From Escherichia phage BF15, in sequence record MW822007.1: a stretch of DNA of 64,000 nucleotides. The stretch is one strand, 5' to 3'. The position numbers and the translations under genes were made by a program. Shown here piece after piece: positions 18,341-31,115 of this stretch (the stretch's first letter is position 1; each line of letters opens with the position of its first letter). Below the pieces are notes generated by a model that saw only the letters and a program-made list of their open reading frames with translations, made no database searches and had not been told where the DNA came from.

Positions 18341-18694
18341 TGCCTGCGAAAGCCCTCAAGGGGTACTTAGGTTTTGAATATTTACCGACAGGATAACCAT
18401 AAACCCGTCATCATACCTTATAGCTCTTATCTGTTGCACACCGTTAGCTTAAAGGTTCCGGGTTCGATTTCTCGAGGATAAGATATATACTGATGGATAT
18501 ATAGGCCTTGAGGCGTACTCCCAATTGGCCATCACCTCGGGGTAGCATGCACTTGCCGCTATAAGAATAACATTCAAGAGGTACACCATAAAACTGCCGG
18601 GGTCTTAAAACTATAATGATTCGCAAATCATTAATCAGACAGTTCGATGGCTCCTCGATTTTAGCTCACACTAAGGCAGTGAATCTCCAATAAA

Positions 18695-18943
18695 TTACTT
18701 CAGTGTTACCACAAAGTGACGAACTGCTTTTCGTGCAGCAGAAGCCAGAGGCTTAGCATACTTAAGTTCATCTTTTTCCTGAAGCTCAGCAGCTAATGCA
18801 GTTTGAGCAGGATTCAGATGTTTGAAATAACGCAGGATTTCAAGAGCTTCGGCTTCAACATCAATAGATGCGCCATAGTTTTCGTGACCATTATTCCATG
18901 CGTTTCGTTGCAGTTCAAGAGCGTGTTGTAATTGTTTAATCAT
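18695..18943 (-). CDS. rIII: rIII lysis inhibition accessory protein
   Basis: 82 aa as in T4; adjacent to gene 31. Confidence 0.8.
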   Translation of the reverse strand: MIKQLQHALELQRNAWNNGHENYGASIDVEAEALEILRYFKHLNPAQTALAAELQEKDELKYAKPLASAARKAVRHFVVTLK

Positions 18944-19090
18944 TTAAAAATTCTCGTTAGAGATTAAAACTCGGTAGTCACGTTCTTCTGAATTTCATCT
19001 TCTTTCGACAGATCTCTCAGTTGTAGACTACCACATAGAATTGTTCGGTTAACTTATTATTCCGACACCCAATTCATATTATTATTTATA

Positions 19091-19426
19091 TCACTTATAA
19101 AGACACGGAATAGCTTTATAGTGACAGGTAACGAATTTTTGTTTAATTTCTTTTGGCTGCTTAAGACCCAGAGCTACAAAAGGATGCGGAACGTTTCGAA
19201 TTTGACCAACTGGAAGAGAAGTCAAATCACCAACTTCGCAGAAACCTTCAGGAACATCAGGACCAACAGAGTGAACTACACACAGTTCAGGAACTTCACC
19301 TTGAACACGTTTACCGATAATGAGTCCTGATTCTGTAACTTCTTCATCACCGGCTTGTGCAGGTTCAGAAACTAAAATAACATATTCACCGACAGCACGA
19401 ATTGGTAGCTGTTGTACTTCAGACAT
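19091..19426 (-). CDS. 31: Co-chaperonin gp31 (GroES-like)
   Basis: 111 aa as in T4; synteny. Confidence 0.9.
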
Positions 19427-19456
19427 CGTTTTTCCTTTTTGTTAACAGATGAATTA

Positions 19457-19481
19457 ATAATAACAAATAATTCTTAAAGCA
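19457..19481 (-). promoter_or_regulatory. Putative MotA-dependent middle promoter upstream of gene 31
   Basis: Minus strand AAATGCTTTA (MotA box), 12 nt, TATTAT. Confidence 0.4.
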
Positions 19482-19482
19482 T

Positions 19483-19791
19483 TTATTTACCAATAAATTG
19501 AAGCAAATGCTCAACTTTCATGCCATTAACGGAAATCAATTTGTCAATAGAAAAACCTCGCCATGCACCAAGCTCAACATCAAATACTGGAATCATATCA
19601 GTAGATTCTTTACGAGTAGATTCAGTCAATTTACCGGTTTGCATGGTTGGCATAAAGTCTGCATCACGAGTACCTTTCATAGTACGAATAGTACCATCAG
19701 ACTTTTCAAAAACTACGTTTGAAATACCCATGGACAATTTAGTTTTCAAAATTTCACGAATTGCTACTTTTTGTTCAGTCGTCAGTTTCAT
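19483..19791 (-). CDS. Hypothetical protein
   Basis: 102-aa track ORF. Confidence 0.55.
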   Translation of the reverse strand: MKLTTEQKVAIREILKTKLSMGISNVVFEKSDGTIRTMKGTRDADFMPTMQTGKLTESTRKESTDMIPVFDVELGAWRGFSIDKLISVNGMKVEHLLQFIGK

Positions 19792-20028
19792 TTATTTACC
19801 TATTACAGTTTTAATATGGGTTGTTCCACGTTCTTTAAGAGTGGAAAGCAATTTTTGGCATTTTTCTAAATCAGATTTCCAACTATATGGTCTATCAATA
19901 CAAACCCATTCTGACTTATAATACTGCTTCCATTTAGAGAAAAAATATTTCTTATACTCTACAGCAAATGAAATATTCTCATTAGAATAAGAACTAATTG
20001 CTGTGAGTTGTACCAAACGAAATTTCAT
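19792..20028 (-). CDS. Hypothetical protein
   Basis: 78-aa track ORF. Confidence 0.5.
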   Translation of the reverse strand: MKFRLVQLTAISSYSNENISFAVEYKKYFFSKWKQYYKSEWVCIDRPYSWKSDLEKCQKLLSTLKERGTTHIKTVIGK

Positions 20029-20609
20029 TATTCACCACAGAATTCGTTGATATTTTCCCAATTTAACTTATTCAAGTTTTTCTTAGGAACATTAAACACT
20101 TCAATACCCGCATTTCGCAGAATATCATCCCAGCCAGGTTTATTTTTATCGTATGTTTCACAATAAACCAACTTTTTAATTCCAGATTGAGCTATCGCTT
20201 TTGCACAATCTGGGCAAGGAGAAAGTGTTACATACATAGTAGCACCTTCAATTGAAGAACCATTTCGTGCAGCAAACAAAATCGCATTTAGTTCAGCATG
20301 AATTTCATTTTTAGACGACCATTCAGAGTGAGCGCTGCGGTGTTCTTTCGCCAAAACAAAACGATCAGTTGAACAAAATGATACACATTCGGGCTTATGA
20401 CCTTGAATGATAGTATGTTTAGGCTTATTCAGCAACCAACCTTGCTCAGCAGCATAATCGCAGCAATTCACACCACCAGCCGGAGAACCGTTATATCCAG
20501 TAGAAATAATACGTCCATTCTTTTCAATTACTGCTCCTACCTTCCAGGAGCAACACTTTGATTCTTGTGATACTAAATATGCAATTTGAAGTACTGTACT
20601 CGCTTTCAT
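20028..20609 (-). CDS. cd: dCMP deaminase
   Basis: 193 aa; HAE...PCPDC zinc-binding deaminase motifs. Confidence 0.9.
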   Translation of the reverse strand: MKASTVLQIAYLVSQESKCCSWKVGAVIEKNGRIISTGYNGSPAGGVNCCDYAAEQGWLLNKPKHTIIQGHKPECVSFCSTDRFVLAKEHRSAHSEWSSKNEIHAELNAILFAARNGSSIEGATMYVTLSPCPDCAKAIAQSGIKKLVYCETYDKNKPGWDDILRNAGIEVFNVPKKNLNKLNWENINEFCGE

Positions 20610-20944
20610 TTCATAATCACCAGATAAGCAGATTTAGCAGTTTCAACACGATAAATTTCGTGACGAAGTTTAGTTATACTTTTAATAACAGAACTAATTA
20701 TATTCTGCCCATCTTTAAAGCGGTTTTTCTTATCAATAAAAATTGCACCAGCCATCTTTTTGTGAAGCTCAACTGGATACTTCGTCACAATAATAGCATC
20801 ATACACAGAAGGATGAATACTATTCACTAGAGTATCATTCATTAAAGTTATTCTAATGAACTGTGCTGTTTCAGAGTCAAGCGCTCTATGATCGCCAGTA
20901 TCATTTTCAAGACAATTATCAATTATATCAGTTAAATTCATCAT
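20606..20944 (-). CDS. Hypothetical protein
   Basis: 112-aa track ORF. Confidence 0.5.
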   Translation of the reverse strand: MMNLTDIIDNCLENDTGDHRALDSETAQFIRITLMNDTLVNSIHPSVYDAIIVTKYPVELHKKMAGAIFIDKKNRFKDGQNIISSVIKSITKLRHEIYRVETAKSAYLVIMK

Positions 20945-21177
20945 AGTACGCCATACACCCTTTGTGCTTCAACTAATCCATCAAAATCCAATTTGAGATG
21001 TGTTATTTGGTCACCATCACCTGGATTCACAATTACTAATACTGAACGAGGAGTTTCGGTAATAACACGAACCGATGTTTCAGGAAATCGTTCAGAAACC
21101 TTATTTACCAATTCCTGAGCAAATAGTTTAACTTTTTCTTGGAATTCTTTAACAGTAATTGGTTTTTCACTTAGCAT
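20941..21177 (-). CDS. Hypothetical protein
   Basis: 78-aa track ORF. Confidence 0.5.
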   Translation of the reverse strand: MLSEKPITVKEFQEKVKLFAQELVNKVSERFPETSVRVITETPRSVLVIVNPGDGDQITHLKLDFDGLVEAQRVYGVL

Positions 21178-21206
21178 TTCAATTTCCTCATTTGTTTGGT
21201 AGAGCT

Positions 21207-21236
21207 ATAATATCACAACTCTACCGTAAAGTAAAC
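21207..21236 (-). promoter_or_regulatory. T4-type early promoter
   Basis: Minus strand GTTTAC-N18-TATTAT. Confidence 0.55.
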
Positions 21237-21238
21237 TA

Positions 21239-21514
21239 TTAAATTGCTTTGAATTCTGATGTCTGTGATTCAAAGCGAATATCGCCTTTGATAACTAACT
21301 CAGCATCAAGACCAAATACGACAATGATATGCGCGGAACCTGGATACAGCGTAATTGCAATAGAATCCACTTGGTCTGGAAGCAAAGCGTTCAATACATG
21401 AGTCACTTGAGCGTGGATTCGAAGTTCAGCTGCATTATCAAGCTTTTCAAACATATTATTAGCGATAATTTGGCTAAACACTACTTCTACGATTTTAGAA
21501 TAAGTCGGAAACAT
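21239..21514 (-). CDS. Hypothetical protein
   Basis: 91-aa track ORF. Confidence 0.5.
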   Translation of the reverse strand: MFPTYSKIVEVVFSQIIANNMFEKLDNAAELRIHAQVTHVLNALLPDQVDSIAITLYPGSAHIIVVFGLDAELVIKGDIRFESQTSEFKAI

Positions 21515-21516
21515 AT

Positions 21517-21717
21517 TTACCTCACATAATTTTCTTCAAGCCAATCAATAACATCCAAAGCGTTATCAAAAATTGAACCATCTACTTTGTCTTCTGTTTC
21601 ATAATCAAGAACATCTAAGCCTACTCTTCCGTCAACAATAGGCCATAGACAAAATAGATATTTCTTTTCTTTTTCAATTTTATCACAAAGACGATAAATC
21701 TTTTCTAGATTATTCAT
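21517..21717 (-). CDS. Hypothetical protein
   Basis: 66-aa track ORF. Confidence 0.45.
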   Translation of the reverse strand: MNNLEKIYRLCDKIEKEKKYLFCLWPIVDGRVGLDVLDYETEDKVDGSIFDNALDVIDWLEENYVR

Positions 21718-21906
21718 AAGTTTTCCATGGTAAAGGCAGTTTAGTTTTCTTTACTGTTAGTTCAGCATCAGGATTCTTTTCTCTTAATTTAAGACATTCC
21801 TCCCAAGCTCTGTTTTCACTAGTGAATACACAAAATTGCCCATTACTAGTACCAACTAAACCGCTATTTACAATAACAATAGCCCAAGTTTCATGATGCA
21901 AAGCCA

Positions 21907-21907
<1 letters not shown>
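21710..21907 (-). CDS. Hypothetical protein
   Basis: 65-aa track ORF. Confidence 0.45.
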
Positions 21908-23107
<1,200 letters not shown>

Positions 23108-23111
<4 letters not shown>

Positions 23112-23338
23112 TTATTTTTCTCAACCAATGATTGAATATAATCATGCAGGTCTTTAGATGCTTTACCCCACTTATTTTGGTATTCATTTTTAAGATTAGC
23201 ACGTGATTGAGCTAATAAAACATCATTAGTTGGAGGTAAAGATTCTAATCGTTGAATCTGGCGTCCATAAATCATTGCAGCCATCTCGGATTCATAAATC
23301 AATCCTTTGAGATGTTCAAATTGATGCCATGAAATCAT
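23108..23338 (-). CDS. Hypothetical protein
   Basis: 76-aa track ORF. Confidence 0.5.
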
Positions 23339-23634
23339 TTACATTTATCCTCTTTTAGCTCTTGACGATAATAACATATCATAGTTTTTTGGTCATGTAC
23401 ATATCGTTTTACATCATTAAGCCAAATACGAAATTCCTGGGAATCTTCAAATGGCATACCAACCCAAGCTTTACCATCAATAACTTTAACTTGCCAGGAT
23501 AGTTTAGCTTCATCATATGACTTTATTTGTACTGGCCAATTAGGATGAACTGTTTCTTTCTTTACTTCTAAAGGCTTTGTCGAACAACCAACTAGAAGAC
23601 CAATAGATAATATTACTGCTGATAGTTTAATCAT
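23335..23634 (-). CDS. Outer-membrane spanin (o-spanin) lipoprotein
   Basis: 99 aa; signal peptide with LVGC lipobox; immediately downstream of the i-spanin-like gene. Confidence 0.7.
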   Translation of the reverse strand: MIKLSAVILSIGLLVGCSTKPLEVKKETVHPNWPVQIKSYDEAKLSWQVKVIDGKAWVGMPFEDSQEFRIWLNDVKRYVHDQKTMICYYRQELKEDKCK

Positions 23635-23984
23635 TTAGAAAGGTCCTGGATGTCTTCTGCGAACTTGTTGAAGGAGTTGTTGATTTGTTTTTCAACCAAT
23701 CCTGGCTTATGAGCCACCACATCCGCCTTCTTTGCATCTTTGCGCAGTTTTTCATTTTCACGCTCAATAGCAGCAATTGCCTCACGATTTTTATTATTCA
23801 TCGCATCAATATAATTATACTGAATTCGCAAATTATCTAATGCTAAAGCGTTTTCATTGGCCGTTTTTGTAATTTCAGTAACCGATGTTTCTAATCTTTC
23901 TACCTTATTTTTTAAAATAATAGATGTTCCGCCAAATGCTATTACAAGTAATAGCAATCCAGCTGTAAAATTACTTACATGCAT
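23631..23984 (-). CDS. Inner-membrane spanin (i-spanin)
   Basis: 117 aa; N-terminal TM helix then coiled-coil-like region; paired with the lipoprotein. Confidence 0.7.
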   Translation of the reverse strand: MHVSNFTAGLLLLVIAFGGTSIILKNKVERLETSVTEITKTANENALALDNLRIQYNYIDAMNNKNREAIAAIERENEKLRKDAKKADVVAHKPGLVEKQINNSFNKFAEDIQDLSK

Positions 23985-24478
23985 AAAGTTTTAATAACCT
24001 CTACAATATCGTCTTGAGAAAGACCGTTAATTAAAATATGATGTTCAGCTGGAGATTTAGAAATTTTAAAACATGCCTCAACATCTTCTGCCATATCTGA
24101 TGCACTACGATTTGGATTACTAATTCCAAGACGATGTTTTCCCGTCAAAGGATTAACGATGATGTAGCATTTACAGTTGTTAATATGAACATTAGGTTGA
24201 GTCTGATTAATGAACACATCACAATCATATTTCGCAAGCTGATTTTCTAAAAAGACTTTCATCTCCTCAACTGCGTCAGGAAGCATATCACGGGCTTGCT
24301 CAAGACGACGATTTCGATATTCTTTGATGGTCGTTTTCCGCTTGACTTGCTTAGCTAAATCTTTCTTAAGATCGGTGATATATCCAACTCGACGATTTCC
24401 TTTAAATACAGAAATCCCATCTGTAGTATCACCGTATGCTTCAACGACCATTTCAGTAGTAATAAGCTGTAAATCCAT
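23975..24478 (-). CDS. alc: Alc, inhibitor of host transcription
   Basis: 167 aa from second Met; position between spanins and rnlA as in T4. Confidence 0.7.
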   Translation of the reverse strand: MDLQLITTEMVVEAYGDTTDGISVFKGNRRVGYITDLKKDLAKQVKRKTTIKEYRNRRLEQARDMLPDAVEEMKVFLENQLAKYDCDVFINQTQPNVHINNCKCYIIVNPLTGKHRLGISNPNRSASDMAEDVEACFKISKSPAEHHILINGLSQDDIVEVIKTLCM

Positions 24479-24506
24479 CATAAAGTCCTCATGTTATGTC
24501 AGTAAG

Positions 24507-24539
24507 TCTACTATAACACAACACGAGGGACTTGTAAAC
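24507..24539 (-). promoter_or_regulatory. T4-type early promoter upstream of alc; identical copy of the block at 9060..9112
   Basis: 53 nt identical to 9060..9112, covering the -35, -10 and 5' UTR. Confidence 0.6.
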
Positions 24540-24542
24540 AGC

Positions 24543-26130
<1,588 letters not shown>

Positions 26131-26157
26131 AATAAAATGGGCCTTGCGGCCCACTCC

Positions 26158-27336
26158 TTAAAAATATTTTTTAAAACTCATCATAACTTTATCATCAACA
26201 TCATTATCAATCTGTGCTACAAGGTAAGATGATAGTTCTACTTCTTGCGGCGCGGATTGAACATTATCAGAATTAAGGTATTCACGAATCCAAGGATATG
26301 GATGTTTAACCGGAGCATCGGTAATTGGGCATGGAAGACCGCACTGTTTCATACGAGATACAGTTAAGTAATCAATAAAGCTCCACATGCTATTTGTATT
26401 TAATCCAGGAACATCACCATCTTTAAATAAATGAACTGCCCAATCTTTTTCTTGGCGGTTAACTTCCATGAAAATATCAACTGCTTCTTGTTCACACTCT
26501 TGGGCAATTTTAACCCATTCATCACCATCAGTGCCAAGCTGAAGTTGACGAATAATATATTGGGTGCCTTTAAGGTGAAGCTGCTCATCACGAGCAATGA
26601 ACTTCATAATCTTGGCATTACCTTCCATGATTTCCATGTTCTTATGGAAGTTAAAGGTACATGCGAAAGATACATAAAAACGAATAGCTTCCAATGCGTT
26701 GATTACATGAAGGCAAAGATAAAGAGATTTCATTAGTGCTCGTTTAGCTTCGGCTTCTTGTTTAATAGCTCGATTTAAACGAAAATCAGCATCAGGAGAT
26801 TCTTTAGCTAGTTCTACAAATTCTTTAGCATTTTCCCATTCACGGGTCTTCTTAAGAACATCATCGTAATAGCGACCAATGGACTCAGCGCGTTTCATAA
26901 TATCTTCATCTAATACAATCTCATCAAATACCTTTGATGGGTCAGTATAAAGATTTCGCATGATATGAGTATATGAACGACTGTGAATAGTTTCACTAAA
27001 AGTCCATGTAGCAACCCATGTATCAAGGCTTGGGTCTGAAATTAATGACATAAGTACTGCAGACGGTGCACGACCCTGAATGCTATCTAGAAGTGATTGA
27101 TACTTCAGGTTATTAGTAAAAATATCTTGCTGATACTGAGGAAGCTTGTTAAATTGTGCAGCATCCATCATCAAGTTTACTTCTTCAGGGCGCCAGAAAA
27201 ATGATAATTGCTTTTCGGTTAAATCTTCAAAAACTTTATGGCGTTGAATATCATAACGCGCAATACCAAGACCTGAACCGAAGAACATAGGTTCTTTTAA
27301 AACATCAACTGGATTTGTATTAAAAACTGTGCTCAT
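26158..27336 (-). CDS. nrdB: Ribonucleotide reductase small subunit, uninterrupted
   Basis: 392 aa contiguous ORF; no intron or intron-encoded ORF. Confidence 0.95.
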   Translation of the reverse strand: MSTVFNTNPVDVLKEPMFFGSGLGIARYDIQRHKVFEDLTEKQLSFFWRPEEVNLMMDAAQFNKLPQYQQDIFTNNLKYQSLLDSIQGRAPSAVLMSLISDPSLDTWVATWTFSETIHSRSYTHIMRNLYTDPSKVFDEIVLDEDIMKRAESIGRYYDDVLKKTREWENAKEFVELAKESPDADFRLNRAIKQEAEAKRALMKSLYLCLHVINALEAIRFYVSFACTFNFHKNMEIMEGNAKIMKFIARDEQLHLKGTQYIIRQLQLGTDGDEWVKIAQECEQEAVDIFMEVNRQEKDWAVHLFKDGDVPGLNTNSMWSFIDYLTVSRMKQCGLPCPITDAPVKHPYPWIREYLNSDNVQSAPQEVELSSYLVAQIDNDVDDKVMMSFKKYF

Positions 27337-27387
27337 AAATTTTCCGCTTAGTTAATAGATAGTGACTCGTCCGTGAGTCAAATTATA

Positions 27388-29652
27388 TCATAATTTACAG
27401 GATGAACAATCTTCAGCTTTTGGAGTTTCTATTTCATAATCATCAGTACCAGAACCATCACGGGTATTATGATAATAGAAATTTTTTCCGCCAAAATACC
27501 AAAAGTACAAAAGGTCATCAATCATTACAGACATTGGAACCTTTCCTTTTGGAAAAATCTGCGGGTCATAATATGTATTCGCTGAAGCTGATTGACACAC
27601 CCATTTCAGCATAATAGCTACCTGCGTAAGATAAGGTTTATTACCTTTCTTAGCTAATTTCCACGTATAATCATAGAGGTCTATGTTATGCTCAATATTG
27701 GGCACGACTTGATTAAAGGAACCCTCTTTTGATTCTTTAACAGAGACTGGTCCACGTGGAGGCTCGATACCGTTTGTACTGTTAGAAACTTGGGAAGATG
27801 ACTCACATGGCATAAGTGCTGATAATGTGCTATTACGGATGCCAAAGAGCTTAAGGTCTTCCCGCAGCGCCGACCAGTCACAAACGTATTTTGGAGCTGC
27901 GATTTGGTCAATCTTTTTATTGTACCAGTCGATAGGTAATTCGCCTCGAGACCAACGAGTGTCTGAATAATATTCGCAAGGTCCTTTTTCTTTGGCGAGC
28001 TTAATGGATGCTTTAATGAGTCCATACTGTAATCTCTCAAATAGTTCATGTGTTAAATCGTTAGCATCTTCATAAGAAGCAAAGTTACTTGCCAGCCAAG
28101 CTGCATAGTTAGTAACACCTACGCCAAGGTTTCGACGTTTTTTAGCTTTTTCTGCTTCAGGAACTGGATATCCTTGGTAGTCCAAAAGATTATCAAGAGC
28201 GCGAACTTGGACTTCTGCCAATTCATTAATTTTATCTTGGTCTTGCCAATCGAAGTTATCCAACACAAATGCAGACAATGTACACAATCCAATTTCGGCA
28301 TCAGGACTATTCACGTCATTTGTTGGAATAGCAATTTCACAGCACAAGTTACTCTGGCGAATAGGTGCCTTTTCACGAATAAACGGAGTATAGTTATTCG
28401 TATTATCAATGAACTGTACATAAATCCTTGCTGTTCCTGATCGTTCAGTCATGAGCAATTCAAACAGTTCACGGGCTTTAATACGCTTTTTACGAATATT
28501 AGGGTCTTTTTCTGCGGCTTCATATAATTCACGGAAACGGTCTTGGTCTTTAAAATAAGAATAATAAAGCTCGCCACCCATTTCATGTGGACTAAACAAA
28601 GTAATGTAATCGTTCTTTCCAAAACGTTCCATCATCAAATCATTCAGCTGGACACCATAATCCATATGACGGATACGGTTTTCTTCTACGCCTTTGTTAT
28701 TTTTCAAAACGAGAAGATTTTCAACTTCCAAATGCCAAATAGGATAATAAGCAGTAGCAGCGCCGCCACGAATTCCGCCCTGTGAACATGATTTAACAGC
28801 AGTCTGAAAATGTTTCCAAAAAGGAATAACACCAGTATGACGCACTTCACCTGTGCCAATCTTAGAACCTTCGGCACGAATCATACCAACGTTAATGCCG
28901 ATTCCAGCTCGTTTGGAGATATATTCAACAATTGAAGCAGAAGCTTTGTTGATAGACTTCAGCGAATCACCTGCCTCAATAACAACGCATGAACTAAACT
29001 GCCGAGTTGGAGTACGACAACCAGCCATAATAGGAGTTGGCAATGAAATCTGTCGAGTAGATACTGCTTCATAAAAACGAATAACATGTTTTAATCTATC
29101 AACAGGTTCATCTTGATGCAATGCCATTCCAATAGTCATAAATGCAAACTGTGGAGTTTCATAAATTTGACCAGTGGTTTTATCTTTAACTAGATATTTT
29201 TCTTTTAACTGCATCGCCCCGGAATAAGTAAATTCCATATCCCGCTCGTGCTTAATTTTTGATTCTAAAAATGTAATTTCTTCTGCTGAATATTTTGACA
29301 ACAGTTCAGGGTCGTATTTACCTTCATTTACGCAGTAAGAAATATGGTCAATAAATGAACGTGGTTCATATTGCCCGTAAACATGCTTACGAAGAGCGAA
29401 CATTAAACAGCGCGCAGCTACATATTGATAATCAGGCTCTTCAACTGAAATAGAATTCGCAGCAGCCTTAATTACAATGGTTTGAATGTCATCAGTTGTC
29501 ATTCCATCACGGAGATATGATTTAATATTTTCATATAATTCATAAGGATCTACAGATGTTCCTTCAGCTGCCCAAGATAAAACTTTAATAATTTTTTGTG
29601 GGTCAAAGCTTTGAGAAACACCGCTACTTTTGATAACATTAATTAATTGCAT
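27388..29652 (-). CDS. nrdA: Ribonucleotide reductase large subunit
   Basis: 754 aa class I RNR alpha subunit. Confidence 0.95.
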   Translation of the reverse strand: MQLINVIKSSGVSQSFDPQKIIKVLSWAAEGTSVDPYELYENIKSYLRDGMTTDDIQTIVIKAAANSISVEEPDYQYVAARCLMFALRKHVYGQYEPRSFIDHISYCVNEGKYDPELLSKYSAEEITFLESKIKHERDMEFTYSGAMQLKEKYLVKDKTTGQIYETPQFAFMTIGMALHQDEPVDRLKHVIRFYEAVSTRQISLPTPIMAGCRTPTRQFSSCVVIEAGDSLKSINKASASIVEYISKRAGIGINVGMIRAEGSKIGTGEVRHTGVIPFWKHFQTAVKSCSQGGIRGGAATAYYPIWHLEVENLLVLKNNKGVEENRIRHMDYGVQLNDLMMERFGKNDYITLFSPHEMGGELYYSYFKDQDRFRELYEAAEKDPNIRKKRIKARELFELLMTERSGTARIYVQFIDNTNNYTPFIREKAPIRQSNLCCEIAIPTNDVNSPDAEIGLCTLSAFVLDNFDWQDQDKINELAEVQVRALDNLLDYQGYPVPEAEKAKKRRNLGVGVTNYAAWLASNFASYEDANDLTHELFERLQYGLIKASIKLAKEKGPCEYYSDTRWSRGELPIDWYNKKIDQIAAPKYVCDWSALREDLKLFGIRNSTLSALMPCESSSQVSNSTNGIEPPRGPVSVKESKEGSFNQVVPNIEHNIDLYDYTWKLAKKGNKPYLTQVAIMLKWVCQSASANTYYDPQIFPKGKVPMSVMIDDLLYFWYFGGKNFYYHNTRDGSGTDDYEIETPKAEDCSSCKL

Positions 29653-29969
29653 AAGTCCTCAACTTGAAAATCGTCTTTAAACAATCGGTTAACTATATGA
29701 GCTATTATATCACCATGACACGGCTTTGGTTTACATGTGCATCCTAGCCTCATTCCACGTAAAGGCTCTAAATGTGCTTTAGTTATTTCTCCGGATTTAA
29801 TTCGACGTATAAAATCTTTTTTGAATAATTCAATGGCAGCCTCCCGGCTGCCAGCATCTTTACCGACGTAATTTCCCCAAAATGTACCACGGTGAATATT
29901 AACATCAAAGTCGGATTTATATTTATTCACTACCCGGCATAGACGGCCCACGCTGGAATAATTCGTCAT
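29643..29969 (-). CDS. Hypothetical protein (between td and nrdA)
   Basis: 108-aa track ORF. Confidence 0.5.
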   Translation of the reverse strand: MTNYSSVGRLCRVVNKYKSDFDVNIHRGTFWGNYVGKDAGSREAAIELFKKDFIRRIKSGEITKAHLEPLRGMRLGCTCKPKPCHGDIIAHIVNRLFKDDFQVEDLCN

Positions 29970-30186
29970 ATTGTTTTTCCGTTAAAACAGTAATATCATA
30001 ATAACAATCAGAAGAAGTTTTAACTGTGGAAATTTTATTATCAAAATACTCACGAGTCATTTTATGAGTATAATATTTTTTGCCATAAATGATAATAGGC
30101 TGTTCTGGCCCTGGAACTTCTAACTCGCTTGGGTTAGGAAGTGTAAAAAGAACTACACCAGAAGTATCTTTAAATCGTAAAATCAT
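29923..30186 (-). CDS. Hypothetical protein (between td and nrdA)
   Basis: 87-aa track ORF; overlaps the next ORF, start uncertain. Confidence 0.45.
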   Translation of the reverse strand: MILRFKDTSGVVLFTLPNPSELEVPGPEQPIIIYGKKYYTHKMTREYFDNKISTVKTSSDCYYDITVLTEKQYDELFQRGPSMPGSE

Positions 30187-30209
30187 ATATCCTCACAATT
30201 AATAATTAA

Positions 30210-31070
30210 TTACACCGCCATTTTTCCTTTAATAGGAGGGTGTGATTCGTAACCTTTAAGAACGAAATCTTTAGGCCTGAGTTTAAGAACATATTCCAAT
30301 TGTTCTTTAGTAGAAAGATGGCGGAATTTATAAGGCAATCCGCCTATTACCAGTTCACAAAGCTCTTTAGGTTCACGACGTAAAATTTCTTTACATTGTT
30401 CCACGTGATTCATATAGATATGAGTATTACCGCCAGAAAATATCAAATCTCCAGGAATAAGATTACACATCTTAGCTACAATATGAACTAATGCAGCATA
30501 TGATGCAATATTAAATGGAAGACCGAGGAAAACATCTACCGAACGTTGATACCACTGCAAATCCAAATAGCCATTACGCACATTAAACTGATAGAACATA
30601 TGACAAGGCGGTAATGCCATATATTTAAGTTCAGCTGGATTCCACGCAGAAACAATTTGACGCCTATCATTTGGTAGTTTTTTAATACGATCAACAACTT
30701 CTACAATTTGGTCTACACCGCCAAAATCACGCCACTGTTTTCCATAAATTGGACCAAGTTCACCACTATGATATCCTAAATCTTTTGCTTGATTTTCGTA
30801 ATTTTCATCCCAGACTGTTTTGCCTTGAATTAATGAATCATGTTGAATTAATCGCAAATCATTGACATTTGTGCTTCCTGATAAAAACCATATTAGCTCA
30901 GCGATGCAAGCTTTCCAAGCGAGCTTCTTAGTCGTTACTGCAGGAAAACCTTTAGTTAAATCCCAGCGTAATTTAGTACCGAACAAAGCAATTGTTCCTG
31001 TGCCTGTTCGGTCATCGGTTTCATAGCCGTTTTCAAAAATGTCTTTAATTAAATCTTGGTATTGTTTCAT
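30210..31070 (-). CDS. td: Thymidylate synthase, uninterrupted
   Basis: 286 aa contiguous; PPCHMFYQF active-site region; no intron. Confidence 0.95.
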   Translation of the reverse strand: MKQYQDLIKDIFENGYETDDRTGTGTIALFGTKLRWDLTKGFPAVTTKKLAWKACIAELIWFLSGSTNVNDLRLIQHDSLIQGKTVWDENYENQAKDLGYHSGELGPIYGKQWRDFGGVDQIVEVVDRIKKLPNDRRQIVSAWNPAELKYMALPPCHMFYQFNVRNGYLDLQWYQRSVDVFLGLPFNIASYAALVHIVAKMCNLIPGDLIFSGGNTHIYMNHVEQCKEILRREPKELCELVIGGLPYKFRHLSTKEQLEYVLKLRPKDFVLKGYESHPPIKGKMAV

Positions 31071-31115
31071 TTAGTACCTTATATAAATTATAATACATTT
31101 TATGAAGCTAAATAA

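Noticed and set aside
18444-18626. 60-aa minus-strand track ORF inside the non-coding stretch
   Set aside because: No plausible start codon or ribosome-binding site, odd composition, and it runs through GC-rich hairpin-forming sequence; likely spurious.
18341-18694. Possible tRNA gene suggested by GC-richness and a T-loop-like GGTTCGATT string
   Set aside because: I could not build a cloverleaf on either strand: no 5-bp T-stem flanking the loop and no matching acceptor or D/anticodon arms. Kept as an unexplained non-coding region instead.
26158-31070. Searched for group I introns and intron-encoded endonucleases in td and nrdB
   Set aside because: Both genes are single uninterrupted ORFs of full expected length, and the nrdA-nrdB spacer is too short to hold a gene.
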